Part shown: one piece after another, positions 1-13,178 of the stretch
Layout: each line of letters opens with the position of its first letter
Numbering within the stretch: the first letter of the stretch is position 1
Source: Phoronis australis
Taxonomy: Eukaryota > Animalia > Phoronida
Assembly (NCBI GenBank): GCA_002633005.1
Contig: NMRA01000312.1
Location: forward strand, 205,850-269,849
Direction: 5' to 3'
DNA: 64,000 bases
Program-made: the position numbers and the translations under genes
Notes under the pieces: model-generated
Databases searched by the model: none
What the model saw: only the letters and a program-made list of their open reading frames with translations
What the model was told of the DNA's origin: nothing

Positions 1-1113
1 CACCGAATCAAGTCTTGAACAGTAGTTGACAGTCAAACAAAAAACCATTTCAAAATTATTTCAACTATTTTTTTAGCTTAGTGTAAGATCACATGAATGG
101 GAAATTTACAGTAAAATAATTCGAATATATCTTATATTTTTGCACAAAAAACACGAAAATTGAACAAAGTTTCTTTTTTGTAGCAACGTTTGTCAAAATG
201 TATCAACGTTAAATCTTCACAAATTACAAAGTTGCCGATTGAACATGCCTTTCAGTTCAGCCAAAGTCGCCATGTTGTCGGTGCCGCCAGAAATGAGACG
301 AAGTCCAACGGGAATTGTGAGCACATTTATCACTTAATGAATAACAACTGCGAGGCTGAAATTTGGTGAACACTGTTAAATCGTGCAGAATAGTAAGTAA
401 AGATATGTATAACTAAATTTCACCGTAATTTGTTGGCGAAAACAATTTACACAAAGTTTTAAACTCGTAACTTATCCCGCTGTGCTCCAATATGGCCGAC
501 GCGATCCAAACAAAGTGACACAAATTTCGCCACAAAACTTGCAATAACTTTACACTGATTGCCCCGATTTTGATACTTTTACTGAGTAGAATGTACTACC
601 TTTCCGATGATAGCAAAGTACGTTTTCAAAACGAGAAAAAAAATAAAACCGAAAAAAAATTGGTTCGACCCATATTGGTTCCTAGGTTCGACCGTCCTAC
701 GTAAGGAACTAAACACCAATGCTATTTTAACATACTAAGTACGCAACATTCCAAAAAAATCAACGACCACTAACTACAAACTATAAATACACTACATATG
801 CAAACGAATCAAGAGATATTACTAATAAAACAAAATAATGAAGACTTTTCGAGCAAGCCCTAGCACATTCAGTTACAAGGAAAAATGGCGGCTTTCAGGG
901 CAAGTTCCTGAACTGATGAGCCGGAAATGTGGGTACGGAAATAACCGATGACAGCCGGTAATTATACGCTCACAGAGAAGGGTCAAATACTGTTAAAAAT
1001 CGCTTTTGGCAAGAAAGGCGAAAAGAATATAAAGAAAGGGTGTCGAAAATAAGAATTTATGTAGTAAGTATTTTAGGATACTGGAACCACATGGGCAGTT
1101 TGAGAGCAGGACT
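1..1113 (-). mobile_element. Non-autonomous TTAA-targeting (Kolobok-like) DNA transposon, copy 1; runs off the left edge
   Basis: 143-1113 is the reverse complement of 59999-60944 with scattered mismatches and small indels. It ends ...TGAGAGCAGGACT followed by TTAA at 1114-1117. Confidence 0.85.
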
Positions 1114-1119
1114 TTAACT

Positions 1120-1370
1120 TCCACCTAAATAGCCCAGAAAATGATGCCAAAAATGCAAAGTTGGCAAGTTTTCATACCCAAACTAACACTTCCCGGTCAA
1201 TGATAAACATAAGCCAACTCTAGACTCTGAAAGCAAATTTCCAACACATTTCAAAAATGTGACCCAAAAGTTCAATCATCCAACTAGATTTTTTAAAATT
1301 CTTGATTGTTTGAGGGTTACCTAAAATCGCAGCAATTTCTTAGTCGCTATGCAGAAACGCATAAATGATT
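1120..1370 (-). mobile_element. Diverged inverted copy of part of the 8376-9500 element
   Basis: Its reverse complement aligns by eye to about 9075-9315 (e.g. gcgatttyaggtarccctcaaacaa and ggaaatttgctttyagartcta). Confidence 0.7.
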
Positions 1371-1372
1371 AT

Positions 1373-1788
1373 AGGTAGACAGTGGTCACCGTCTCTAACT
1401 GGCCCCAGTAGAGACGGTGAAACTATAGGAGCTTCAGACGCCGAATTATGCCTTACACTGATTAAAACATCAAAGACACGTTGTTATTAGTACCTTTTAC
1501 CCAGAGGGTCACCTTAGGAGACCGTCTATATCTTTAATAGTTTCCAGCTCGAACAAATACTCCCCGCGTAATCAAACTTTTTCTTCGAGCAGTCTTTCGT
1601 TCAATTACCCAAATCGGCAACTCGCCATGTTTAATACTGCCTGCGTTCCTACCAGGCGCGGTAAAATAAGATCGCAAAAGGTACTTATAACAACGTGATT
1701 TGATGTTTTAATCAGTGTGAGGCACAATTTTCGGGAAAGCTTCCGTCTCTACTGTGGCCAGCTAGACACGGTAGTCACTGTCTACGCT
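1373..1788. mobile_element. Small TIR element (MITE) with ~50-bp imperfect inverted ends
   Basis: aggtagacagtggtcaccgtctctaactggccccagtagagacgg at the left end is the inverted match of ccgtctctactgtggccagctagacacggtagtcactgtctacg at about 1743-1786. Confidence 0.65.
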
Positions 1789-2171
1789 ACACATGTAGGT
1801 GGCTTGATCCTGAAAAAATCATGTACAGCCGAACTAGTGAGCTTTTCTCATTCTCATTCTCAAAAAAAATCATTTTTTTACCTAAACATCATTCAACAAA
1901 GAATGGACTCACCGGAGACAGCCCAAGAGTTGTTATCTCTGCGGCGAAGGATGTTAAAGTTGAGTCTCCGATGAGTTGCTAGCAGTCACTGGTACGGTGC
2001 GCGGCTTTAGACGCTCTGCGGCTGGGTTAAAGATCTTTTATAGGCCTAACTATCCCCAATTCCCGTACCAGGATGAATTTCAAAAATAACTTGACTTGGC
2101 TGCGTCAGATGTGATATGCGACGTTGAAGTTGAAATTGCGCCATATTTTTATGTTGATTTCCTTTGTTGGT

Positions 2172-2409
2172 TTATAATTCATATTGCAATGTAGGCATCC
2201 AGGGGAGGCTTGGATGTACTTGTGACTGTAGAGTCGTCAAAATTTATCCATTCCCATGCTGACGATTTAACACATCATGTGTAATGACCACCCGTCGTGT
2301 TTCTTCCATGGTGTTCAATGACTGCTTTTATTTTGTAGCCGGAGAGGTCATACGAGGAAATCTTTGTGTTGATTTTTTTCACCATTAGTCGTGGTTCGTA
2401 AAACTCAAA
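2172..2409 (-). pseudogene. Degenerate C-terminal fragment of a ubiquitin-specific protease (USP/peptidase C19) catalytic domain
   Basis: Manual translation: FEFYEPRLMVKKINTKISSYDLSGYKIKAVIEHHGRNTTGGHYT*CVKSSAWEWINFDDSTVTSTSKPPLDAYIAI/(Y)EL*. It contains the His box (HxG...GGHY), WxxFDDS and AYI motifs. There is an in-frame TGA at 2275-2277 and a probable 2-bp deletion near the end. Confidence 0.8.
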
Positions 2410-5400
2410 AAATACCACCAAACTTGGCCTACTCCAAATATTCAATTTTTAGGCGTAAATTGCCCGCAGCTACACCCTAGCGACCATACTGTTCAGGAAG
2501 ACTGACGTACGTAATAACCCGCAATCAAGACAAGTGGTATGTTATCTCCCCTGTGATATTTACCTACGTTGTGGTATAAGTTGTGGATGTTACATTCATG
2601 TGTAATCTTGGCCAAGTATATTTCTAACGCGAAAACATTTCTGAGCAAAACCTGTGATTGTTGATTTTACAGCATTTATTCAACAATAACCACGTGACAT
2701 GGTTTCCCAAAACCAAGGCAAGTGTATCCACTAGAAAAAAATATTGCGAACAAGGTGCTTTTTTAAACCACGGCACTACACAAAATATGTTTTCATTACC
2801 GAAATCTTAATTGCCTTCGTATTTCATCAGTGAGCACATTTATTGACTTAAATTACGTTTAGAATAAAATTTCGTGCAATTCTTTTGAGCAACAAGGCGA
2901 CCGGTTTCAATAGTCGCACAAAGGTTATTATCGATTTAAATTCTGCAGTTGCAAGTTTATAACACATGTTACAATTTTATGGATTTTAACTTTAAAATTT
3001 CAACAGCCATACGACGGACTGCTTCGCTCTGTGTTCACACTCACGAATTGTCGCCGATTTGACGGTATGTTTTGACTTTTCTGTATGGGGTCTGACATCA
3101 AACGGATATCGGGCCAGAGCCCCACGTACCTACTGGTTAACCAAGGCATGGGAAGTGAACTATTCGATGCATAGGCTTTGTTACGCGATAAGAGTAAAAT
3201 TATGCACATAGACGCTAGTGTTGTTTTATGCAGCAAATGCTAATTGATTTGGCGGTTGGGTGTTTCAGCTTGAGTCAAAATATAAATCGCCGGAGTACAG
3301 ACGGAGATCGTGTTGTGAATCGATTGTCATATGATCACTTTAGCTCGAACTAACAAGATTTACTGTCCGGTCTCTAAGGCAAATGTCATTTGTGCAATTT
3401 GGCAACATTCATTTACTGAGAAAGCACTTCGCGTCCTTTTTAGTTTGTTACATCCACTGACTTCCAAGAAAAAGTTTAACGCCATTTTGGACATAAGTAT
3501 AATGAGTTCTTTGAAGCGTCGACCGTGTATGTTAAAATGTGTCTACTGTCTATGAACCTTTACGTAACTATCATGTCGCCAGTTAGACATGTGTGCACAA
3601 ACTACGTGCAGGTCGAGTGTAAAAACAAATACAACACCCTTCCCCATCATCCTGAAGATGGCGAGCCAGGCCGGGTATTTCTCATAAATTTTGACTTGAA
3701 AGTTAGAATTTAGATTGAAAAACCAACACATAGGTGTTAATGGTCATTACAGTTTTAGTAACGAGGCCACATTCAACTGGTTTGAAATGTTGAGAAGACT
3801 CAGAAGGTGAGGTCACCACTGTCCAACGCCGGGAGACAGGATATGTTGTTATGATGAACAGAACAGATACTTAGCAGTGTTTTGTAAATCTAATTATAGC
3901 CAGTTTAGTGTTGCTTCACTCGCGTACTGGAAGCCATATGGTTTCTCGAGGGATCTGGTTAATTCCACAGTACTGGTTTACATTTGTAAGTCTCACGTGC
4001 CGCGATGAGCATCATCTAACAGTTTCCGCTATTCGTTTAGTTCCAGACGGCATTAATGAACGTTCGGCGCTCTCATCCAGCGCGTCGGTGAGAATTTCAG
4101 GTATGTTTTTTTATTCTGATATTCCGTGAACAATGCCTACTTAAGCGTCTCAGCTGATTTCTGAAAACACAAAAAACAACATTCACGTTCGGCAAGAGTA
4201 TGAGTTAGACATCTGGTGTGAACTGAGTGAAAAATGACTCGGGTATTTTATCAGGTATTGTAGAAATGTCGATGAAATTAAATATGGCCGCAAACTGTGG
4301 CTTTTGAAGGTAAAGAACGAAATATGGGTTGGATTTGAAGCCAAGAGCTAGCCCGAATTTGTGCGGAACGACCCGAATAGCGTGAATCGCATAGACGGCG
4401 CGAAGGAGGTCTTTTGGGAATCATTATTCCGATCGGTTGTTGATCTAGACCACTACATAGCATATGCAAATACCCGCATTCATTTGCGATGCGATATTAA
4501 TGTGAAGAGACAGGACACATTTTCTTGCATCTAAAATGCAGAACGTTTTCTACTGCACTGCTGCCGACAGCATATATGTATACATACGGGCGTGATGAGA
4601 GAATCACAGAGAAGAGCTTATGCGTTACGGATTGAGACTGAGCGCTGCCTTGTAAACGTTTGTTGTTTACTCCACAACTCTAGGTGAAAGCGTGTCAAAA
4701 TTAACTTCGTATCTTACTTGAGTCGGAGCGTGGGGAGTTCCTTGGTTTCAAGTGTCTTTAAAGAGGAAGTGAACTTTCAAAAAGCCGGCGTGTCGCAGTC
4801 GTGATCATTAGTGGCCTAGTAATTTAAATCATTCTTAAAATGTATTCAAATTTGTCATTTGAATGACGCACTTAAAAAGGTTTACAGAGATTACCAGGTC
4901 CTAACATTATTAATTAAACTAGGATATATAATATCAACGGTATTACGCAGATTTCGATCTAGATAGCCGAGATATGAATTATTTTAAAAAATAGATCCCA
5001 GTCTGCTTTAATACATAAACAAACGCATGTTAATAAAGAGATTAAATGATTAAGTGCTAGCTGATGGGAGAGGGATTACAAAAGTGTTCCCTTTTGTCAT
5101 TAATCACCTACACGTATTTGCTGACCCAAATCGATACCAAAGGGTTTATGTCACAAAATGAAGGCTCATTCTGTGGCAGGCCTTCTCCTTAACTGCTATT
5201 GCTTACCGAAAGGTAACAAAACCACTGAGTTTCTGCCAGTGTATACATTTTCTTGCTGTTGATGGGTAACGGAATACTAATGGCCATTTTTCCTATCACG
5301 TCTTTGCATGGAAGCGTGACTGTGCGCGCACATATGACACATTTCCTCCGTGCTCACCTTTTCCATGTTTACTCCTGCGGTGATATTTGCAGTTGTACAG

Positions 5401-6285
5401 TTGACCTTCAGTTGAAACGCAAATGAAAATTCCCAAAATAGAATGAAAATTAAAATGCACGTTGGAATTAGTCACGTTAGGCAATGCAGTTTTTTGACTT
5501 GCGATCACGTTTTTGGCGTGTCACTGTCTTTGTTTCTGTTTTGTGTCTTTCCTGGTCTCAGAAAATAACATCTAAGTTCTTATTCAGTCAACCCTGTGAA
5601 AATTCTTACATTTACCTGTAAGTGCACCTTAATTGCCGTGAAGAATATTAAACCTAGCCGACACAATACAGTTCGACAATCTGATTTTATCTTAACACAC
5701 CTTATTAGCGAGCCTCCACTACTAAAAGGACATTAGCGGTTCAAGCAGCGTCAATGGTTTTGGGAACCTCCATAAACAAATGACCTGAGCCTCATTTTGT
5801 TGCGGGCAAAATGTCTTCACTTGTGGGACGGAAATGAGGAATATATCCCATAATTCAACTTTCCATCCTCACCACGACTTCAGTGGCCGCCATTTTGCCC
5901 ATAGTGTTCCGAACACACTCGCGAAACACTCGCCTTTCACGTGGATGATTTTGCGTGCTCTTGCGTCAGTCATTTTCTCGAGAACGTCTTGTGTCTACTG
6001 GCAACACGGTTGACGACACGCGGTCAAGGTTACGCGGTGGTGGTTTTCTGTGCGCTGGCCGGTCACGGCGCGCGGCAGCCGCTTCGCAGCCTGTCCGAGA
6101 TTAGTTGCAAACTGGATGTGGCGTGTGCTTGGTGTCTTTAAAAGAATCCACTGTGGAAAACGTCATCATACACCGCTATGACGTTTAAATTTTAAGAGAG
6201 AACTATTTTGTATCAATTTAAAACAACCCTCGAGCTTTGAAATTCTATTAATGAGGATTTGAACTCGGGGCAAACAAGTGAGTTC

Positions 6286-6435
6286 AGGGTAGAGTTCAGT
6301 AACGCTAGACCGTCGCTAAACTGAAAGCAAGACTTCGCGAGATTACGTGAGCTATTGCCGTGTATTTTAAACAAGAACACGTCATTTTGGCTAGATTTCA
6401 GCGAGGTCCAAGCGCTGGGTCCTAGTCCTTTACCC
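6286..6435 (+). mobile_element. ~150-bp MITE family A, copy 1
   Basis: cagggtagagttcagtaacgctagac...aagcaagacttcgcgagattacgtgag...gccgtgtattttaa..agaacacgt is shared with 7799-7955, 12515-12625 (inverted) and 60995-61148. Confidence 0.7.
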
Positions 6436-7798
6436 AGTAATCGACAAGTAATGTGTTATGAACGTGAAAATAGGCTGGCAACTAATTACAACTTACGTTT
6501 ATACACCGCACAGTAGGGCCTACTGAGTTGACAAGAGTTCAGTAAATCAAAACAGAGTAAGGTCATACTTCGGGTATGTAAACATTTAAACAAATGGAAC
6601 CAAAAATTGCCCAGACGTGGCTTATGACAAAGCTGAGGTCCACGCCCGGTTGAAGACGCTCTAACGTTTTTAAAGGACGCGTGCACCTGGGAAAATTAGG
6701 ATAACCATACTTAAAGAGTCAGCGCTGTGAAAACTCACACTGAACGATTAGCAGTTCATCCTGTAGAGGTCGCCGGAACAAAATTTCGGCTTTTGTTGGT
6801 CATTTAAGTACTTATTTATTTAATCAAAACAACCCTATGTGCTGATTTTTTATCCAATACACATGAATCAGAACTAAGAATGACCTGCAGAAATGTGTCA
6901 GTGCAACACGAACACTTAATTAGATTACGTAACATCGAAAGAAAACCTTTTCGTTGGGATTGTGGTCGTTAGAAACCACTATCTGAGCCTCACAGCACGG
7001 ACCTACATGCATGTATACTAAAGTACACCCTCAGAATCTGCCCTTCAAACAACACTACAAGTGACCTCCCTTGATTTCCGATGTTGGAATAGCCATGTGC
7101 GTCAAGTGAATGTCATCCAAAACGTTACGCAGTCGTTTTTGTCAATATTGATTAAATTAGCACAAGACAGATTTCCTTGTACACTTTTACACGTGTTATG
7201 CATTGGTCATTTATATAAATTCTTTTGAAAACTACGCAAATGACAGTGTTTATGCATAGGCCTACATTTTCGCAATAGCCCGGGAGAAGGACGGTTACAG
7301 TCTTTTGTATCTGTTCTTTTTCTTAAGTCATTCACCTATCGAACCTTCACTGATGCATGCGTGCGTATTGTCCATCGTGTCAAAGGTGAGTGTGATTAAG
7401 CATAAAAGTTTAATGCATTGAGTTCAATTCCTAATTAACACTGACCCATCGACAATCAATACAAAGGGTAGACCAGTTCTTGGTAGGTACTTGCTGATTT
7501 CAGTCTATTCTGACTCGTGATTCGTTGTAAAATGCATCAGATAATTTTGCGTCAAAGGCTCAGTGCCCTTCAAGCAAGCCACATAGTGGTCACATACTCA
7601 AAAATATAATTGTGTGCTAACTTTTTATAAGGAAAGCAGTATCAAAATACCGCGTTGATGGCTGTCGGTAACAGCAGCGCATACTGTGCTGGGCCCCTGC
7701 CTAATCTCTGCACTTAAAGTTCGACTCGAACACTGCCTAACTGACTTTCGAATTAGCCGCGCCATGTAAAAATCCACAATCCCGCGCCAGACAGCGAT

Positions 7799-7955
7799 CA
7801 GGGTAGAGTTCAATAAAGCTTGGACCTCGCTAAGACCCCAATAAAAAAGCAAAACTTCGCGAGATTACTCGAGATGTTGCCGTGTGATTTAAAATGAGAA
7901 CACGTGATTTTGACAATTTCTTTCGCCCCGAGACGGCTACTGAACTCTGTCCTAG
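7799..7955 (+). mobile_element. MITE family A, copy 2
   Basis: Ends cagggtagagttca...tgaactctgtcctag form an imperfect TIR. The core matches 6286-6435. Confidence 0.7.
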
Positions 7956-8375
7956 TCTTTGATGTACAGGCGTTCCGCGTCACCTACAGATCCCATGTAA
8001 TGCGGCCGCCACCTTTCCTGCTATCATAATGCCGACAAATTTCCACTGCTGTGCGGTGGTATGTACTAATGCCTACTGATGGCACACCTTTTGAAATATC
8101 AACGGATGAATGAGGACATCACGTTCCGTGGCTGCGGGTGATGAGCGGGAGAGTTTCGATCCCAGCCCGGCGGTGTCAAAAACCTAAAATGATTTAGTAA
8201 ACTTTAACTAATCAAACATTAGGAGGGGCTGAGAGTGGAATTTATTCCTCTGCTTTTAAATTACTGAACCACTATATAGTAAGTGAATTTTTGTCCACCA
8301 AATCTGAGGTGGGATCACGTAGAACTCTTTCGTGCTCTCATTACTCTACAGAGCGCCCGTATGAAAAGTCGCCTA

Positions 8376-9500
8376 CTCGCTGGTTCCCTGCGTGCCGATC
8401 CAGCACGCAGTTAGCAAGCAGTAGCACGCGCTTTATCATTGGTTGATGTAGCCTCGGCAGTCATTGGTTAGCTTTACAACAAAGTGAGAAAATGGCGGAC
8501 TGCAAACGATTTTTAGCCTTGTCAAGTGTCGTAGCAGCAACTATTTCGTTTCTGCAGTAATATTTAATAGCCGCGTGCTTGAATACAATAAACCCACCGT
8601 CATCTGGCCGGTTTAATACAGGACAGCAACGTAAACAAAAGTCAGTGACAGTAGAAAGATGCACTCCGAAAAGGCGCAACCACAATTTTCTGGGATTCAC
8701 ATTTCAAACATGAATTTTAAGCAACGATTTGTCTGTACAACAGACCACATTTTCACTTCCTCCATCAGACATGCCAGTTTGTTTGCGTAAAGCGCTGCCT
8801 AGAATTTGACCATCCAATCAGAAACGCCGGTTTAAAAAAAATAATTCCGAGGAAAATTAGGTGGCACTGAACAGTTAGGCTGCGGCCGCGGCCAATTTGC
8901 TCTCCCAAAATATTAAAATTTTGGGATAGGCCAAGTTTGGGGGCATTTTGTAGGTAGGCATTGCACACAGGCTCAGTGGATGTGGTTTGTTTGTGTTTGT
9001 GAACATGTTGAAAACGGAAAGAGACCATTTGGCTGTAGCTGCACTCTTCTTCAAGATGGCGGCCTCTGGTTACGATTGTGCATTGCTGGGTAGCTACTGA
9101 GAAATTGGCTGCCAGTGCGATTTCAGGTAGCCCTCAAACAAGCCAGAATTGCCAAAAACTTGTTGGTTGACAGTACTTTTGGACCACATTTTCGGAATTG
9201 GTAGGAAATTTGCTTTTAGAATCTAATGTTGGCTTTAGTCGTGCATCGGCAGGGAAGTGGTGTTTTTGGGGTGAAAAGTGCCAATTTTGTGCTTTTTTGC
9301 CTCTTTTTTTCTTAGCCTACCTTGCTTCATTCAGTAGGAGTGAAAGGGCCAAAAATACGAGACACAATAAAGTTTCTGTGCTCATCTGTAGGGCTTTTTA
9401 TGTGAAATAACTGAAAACATGTAATTCTTTGCATCCTGTTTTCGATAGAGTGAAGAAAATGTGGCTGGCTACACCTAGCGGCGCGCAGGGAGCCAGCGAG
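8376..9500. mobile_element. ~1.1-kb non-autonomous TIR element
   Basis: ctcgctggttccctgcgtgccg (8376) is inverted to cggcgcgcagggagccagcgag (ends 9500). Internal parts recur inverted at 1120-1370 and 2410-2480. Confidence 0.65.
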
Positions 9501-12500
9501 AGCCGCTTATTGCATCTCACACTTCGAGTAAATTTGTACTCAAGTGTGAACCGGGTTCGAGTTTGAAGTTTGGGCTTCGGTGTTAGTTCGTTGCAAATGC
9601 GCATCACTGACGGAAACCATATTCTATGGACTATAGTACTGTACAATTATATGTTGGCGTTTGAGGGCTAGCTGGGGCTAGTGAAATTGAAACATTGAAT
9701 GTGTCTGTTCTGTTAGTTGTCCTCATTAAATTAGGCCGAAGGACTTATGTTACTAGCGGAGGAGGTCGATTCTATTCTCACTGACTAGTCAAACTCCGCT
9801 TGAGCAGATCTACATTTCGGGGGACCAGCTGTAGGGACCCCAAATAATTTCAGCAGCCTGATGTATAGGTTCTCAGACCACTAAGTTGATTGAAATGAGA
9901 GGCGTGGCAATTGCCAGTTTGTGTTTAACAGTCTGTAGCAGATGGAGACAGTGGAACAGTGCTCATACTCCCTGGGTAGTTGAGTTGTAAAAAGGAAGAA
10001 CAAAACCCCGGTCGATGTTCTGATTAATAATGTAAAGCCCTTTGGATCAAAGAGCGATGTAAAGCGCTGGTATTATGTAAATATATTTGAAAAAGATCAT
10101 TTCCGGTTTCATCTTCTCGTACATGTACGTGTTCTTCTGCGTGTGGATCTATATTAGAGAAATATGAGCTTGCACAAGCCTCTTGTAACTGAACAGCGGT
10201 TTCACACCGAGCAAAGTTCGGATTTGGTGAGGCCCCTTTCGGTCTGAAAACGCCAACTTCAAAGCATACCGAATAATCCCGTTCATTTTTAGTTCGGTTC
10301 AATGCCACCTGATTATTAGGTTAGCTATTAGTTAATCTAATCGTTCAAAAATGTAGACGTCCAGCAGGGTGTCTGTTCGAGAGGTTGCGAGACTGCTGTG
10401 TGTATGTACATATTGGGTGTATTAAAAAAAAACACAATAAAGTCATCACTTCCCGCTGGCGATCCATTCAGGTCTGCATCAAATTGAAGGCCCCAATCCA
10501 TGTTCTATGGCAAATCCGTCGGCCGACCCAACACAGCAGAGGCATCTTGTGGCACGTTGTTCTCAGCCTGCTGGTGCGAAAGGGTAGTTAGTAATACCTA
10601 TGTCTTCGTGTCGGCTTGATGATTATCGGTCGACTTGTTACATGTGAAACTAGCTTAAGTCTCTTAGTTACGTGCATACAAAAGATTTACGCGGTGTCAT
10701 TGTGCGGGGCTCTATGTGGGGCTACGTTAGTACCCATTTGAACAAGCAGATGCCTTGCACTAATGGGACCACGGCGAGAGTCTATTACTTATTAAGTAAA
10801 CAAATGCTTGCCTGGTGAGCGCAGTGTCTCCAGCTATTTTTTTCAGAGAGGATTGAATTTGTTAGTGTGACTTGATGTACACGAATCAGGTCATTTGCTC
10901 CCCTTAAAACCCCCTTATTTGATCTAGTCAGAATTGCCCTCTTTAACCCGGCTTTCATTTTTATTATAAATTTAAAACAAACTAAATAAATGCATAGAAG
11001 TTGTGATCACTGGTTTTGCTGCCATCCAGCCCCTCATCCATAGCACTAGATTAGCTAGGTTTCAGACACTCGGTTATGTCCTGAAGAAGCTAAGTCGAGA
11101 TGCATAGCAGAAGTCAAAAATCTGTTACATGGTCAAATCTATAAAATGATGGGCAACTCTTCTGTGAAAAACAGCCGACCGAACACATGGAAAAATATTC
11201 ACCAATGTGCATCACCGAATGTTCGTACTCTAAAATAGTTCTCCGTCTGTTCATACTGATTGATTGTCTGTTAAGGCCCGTACAACAGCTCACTGTCCAA
11301 CAGAGTGCTAAAACTAGTCTACTAGTGACGTCCTGCAATTCCTTCTCGCTTTTGACTAATTTTCCATAATCCCGTTGAACTAAAAATCAGTCAGCGTAAA
11401 CCAACGTTGGACTAGTACTCAAACAATTATCCTGCATTCGAGGCCTGTTATAGTGGGAGTGAATGAGGGTGATTGTGCCCGCAGCCACTACTGAGAAGCA
11501 TGTGTAGGAAAACAGTTAGAATGCCCACCTTTCTAGAGAGGATTATACAAATGGTAGCTTTAGAAAGGATATTTCACCACTTGTAGAATTTTCTTATATA
11601 AATAATAAGTTTTTGGAAGTTGACTTGAAACAACTGTCTTAGATATTAACTGAAAACACTGGATTTAGGCGACGGAAGAGAAAAGCCAGACTATGATATT
11701 CACAGGCAATGTCATGCCTTCTCTACTGCGTTTCAATTTTCCAACTCGAATTCTTTCATTGTATACTGAATAGAAGGACAACAGGTTAATCTTCCATAGG
11801 AAAACTGTTGAGAATTAGCCACCCTTTTATGGTTAGCGGTACACCTCCCAATATAAACAGTATCACCTATTGACTTGAGTACCCCCGGGAGTGTTCGGGT
11901 GGACGCTGTGACTTGTGTAAGTAGCACATACGCACAAGGTGTTTACACCGGGGTTCCAGTTTCGATGGAACACCCTGATACATGAACATGTAGATATTTT
12001 GGCCATGTAAAGTGTATTCTTACAATTCACTTGACAAAATCTTAAAGAAGATGGTGTTAACGCGAAGGGAAGCTATGACATACGTTTAATTGGTCATACC
12101 TGTACACGAATTTCCGATAAACCTCATATTTTGACGTTTTATTCAAACCGACTGCGTAGATGCTGAGTTTGAGGCTTGCCAAACTATTTCATATTCGTCA
12201 AATACTCTCCTGGTGTGTATAGCATGAATTTATGTAAAAATGTTTCTTGTATTTGGAGGAAACTTTGAGAAAAAACCAACCACTTGAGACTGAAATTAAT
12301 TCTGGTTGTATGTATTTCGACACGAAACATTTCCATACGCATTTCTGAATGTTACTGGTTGGATCTTATAAAATCAATTGGAGACGCATGCTCATCTGAA
12401 TAGCGAAATTAAAGCCAGCTCTGTTCAGTTAGCGAATGCAACAGACGACTAGAAATTCGCTTGGAGACGGTGGTGTAAGAAGAGTCAGTCGCAGAACCGC

Positions 12501-12514
12501 GTGCATTCAGAAGT

Positions 12515-12625
12515 GTGTTCAGTAGGTGCTAGTCACTAAGCACTTGAAATGCATGATGATATCTCGCGAAGACGTACGCGATCTTGCTTTTTGGGAGTGT
12601 CTTGCGTCTACTGAACGCAGCCCAG
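12515..12625 (-). mobile_element. MITE family A, degraded inverted copy
   Basis: gttcagtag...atctcgcgaag...tcttgcttt...ctactgaacgca. Confidence 0.5.
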
Positions 12626-12804
12626 GTATATAATCACTGGATCCCTTATTCCACGAATGCCCGCATGGTGATGAGGTGCTCTCTGCTGTCACCTTATTCA
12701 GATATTAAGACGGGCCTCCCTACTACCGTGATGAATATCGAATCGACCACTGAACTAAGTACTAATTAGCAGTATTGTCATTTCAAATTCTGAACATCAT
12801 GACA

Positions 12805-13178
12805 GGGGCCGAGGTCTATTAGTAATCTTTGTTCTCGACTAGAATCGAACTCGAATCATGATTTTTGGCATTCCCGTTCTACTTTTGTGCGAACTCAAGT
12901 TAGGTCATATATTCTGTGCTCGAGTACATGTAAATTATGTATGCGGGTTAGTAGTTCAAGTTTGCACTTGATAGTTTCGAGTAAACTCGAGTCGAAATTT
13001 CCAGTTCATTCTCGTACTTTTAACCTAAACTTTGTTCAGTTGTGGTCACCAAGTGCAAACTAGGATAAGGTATTTATCCACGTAAGCCATGTGTACTGAA
13101 GCACAGAATAATTGTCACTAAAATAATGGAAAAATAAGTCGAGTTCGATTTCGAGTAGATCGATTTGACTCCGGGCCC
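12805..13178. mobile_element. MITE with GGGCC-type ends (Harbinger-like)
   Basis: ggggccgaggtc...ctcgactagaatcgaactcga is inverted to tcgagttcgatttcgagtag...gactccgggccc. Confidence 0.5.

Noticed and set aside
1903-1974. Short + strand ORF MDSPETAQELLSLRRRMLKLSLR next to the USP relic
   Set aside because: Too short, with no recognisable family motif.
2275-2277. In-frame TGA in the USP fragment as selenocysteine
   Set aside because: The fragment also has a frameshift and lacks the Cys box, and no SECIS was recognised. Simple decay is more likely.
4758-6142. Further TTAAAG-started Kolobok-like ends
   Set aside because: No convincing paired TIRs by eye.
8120-8180. tRNA-like B box (gtttcgatccc)
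   Set aside because: No cloverleaf or A box can be built. At most a SINE remnant.
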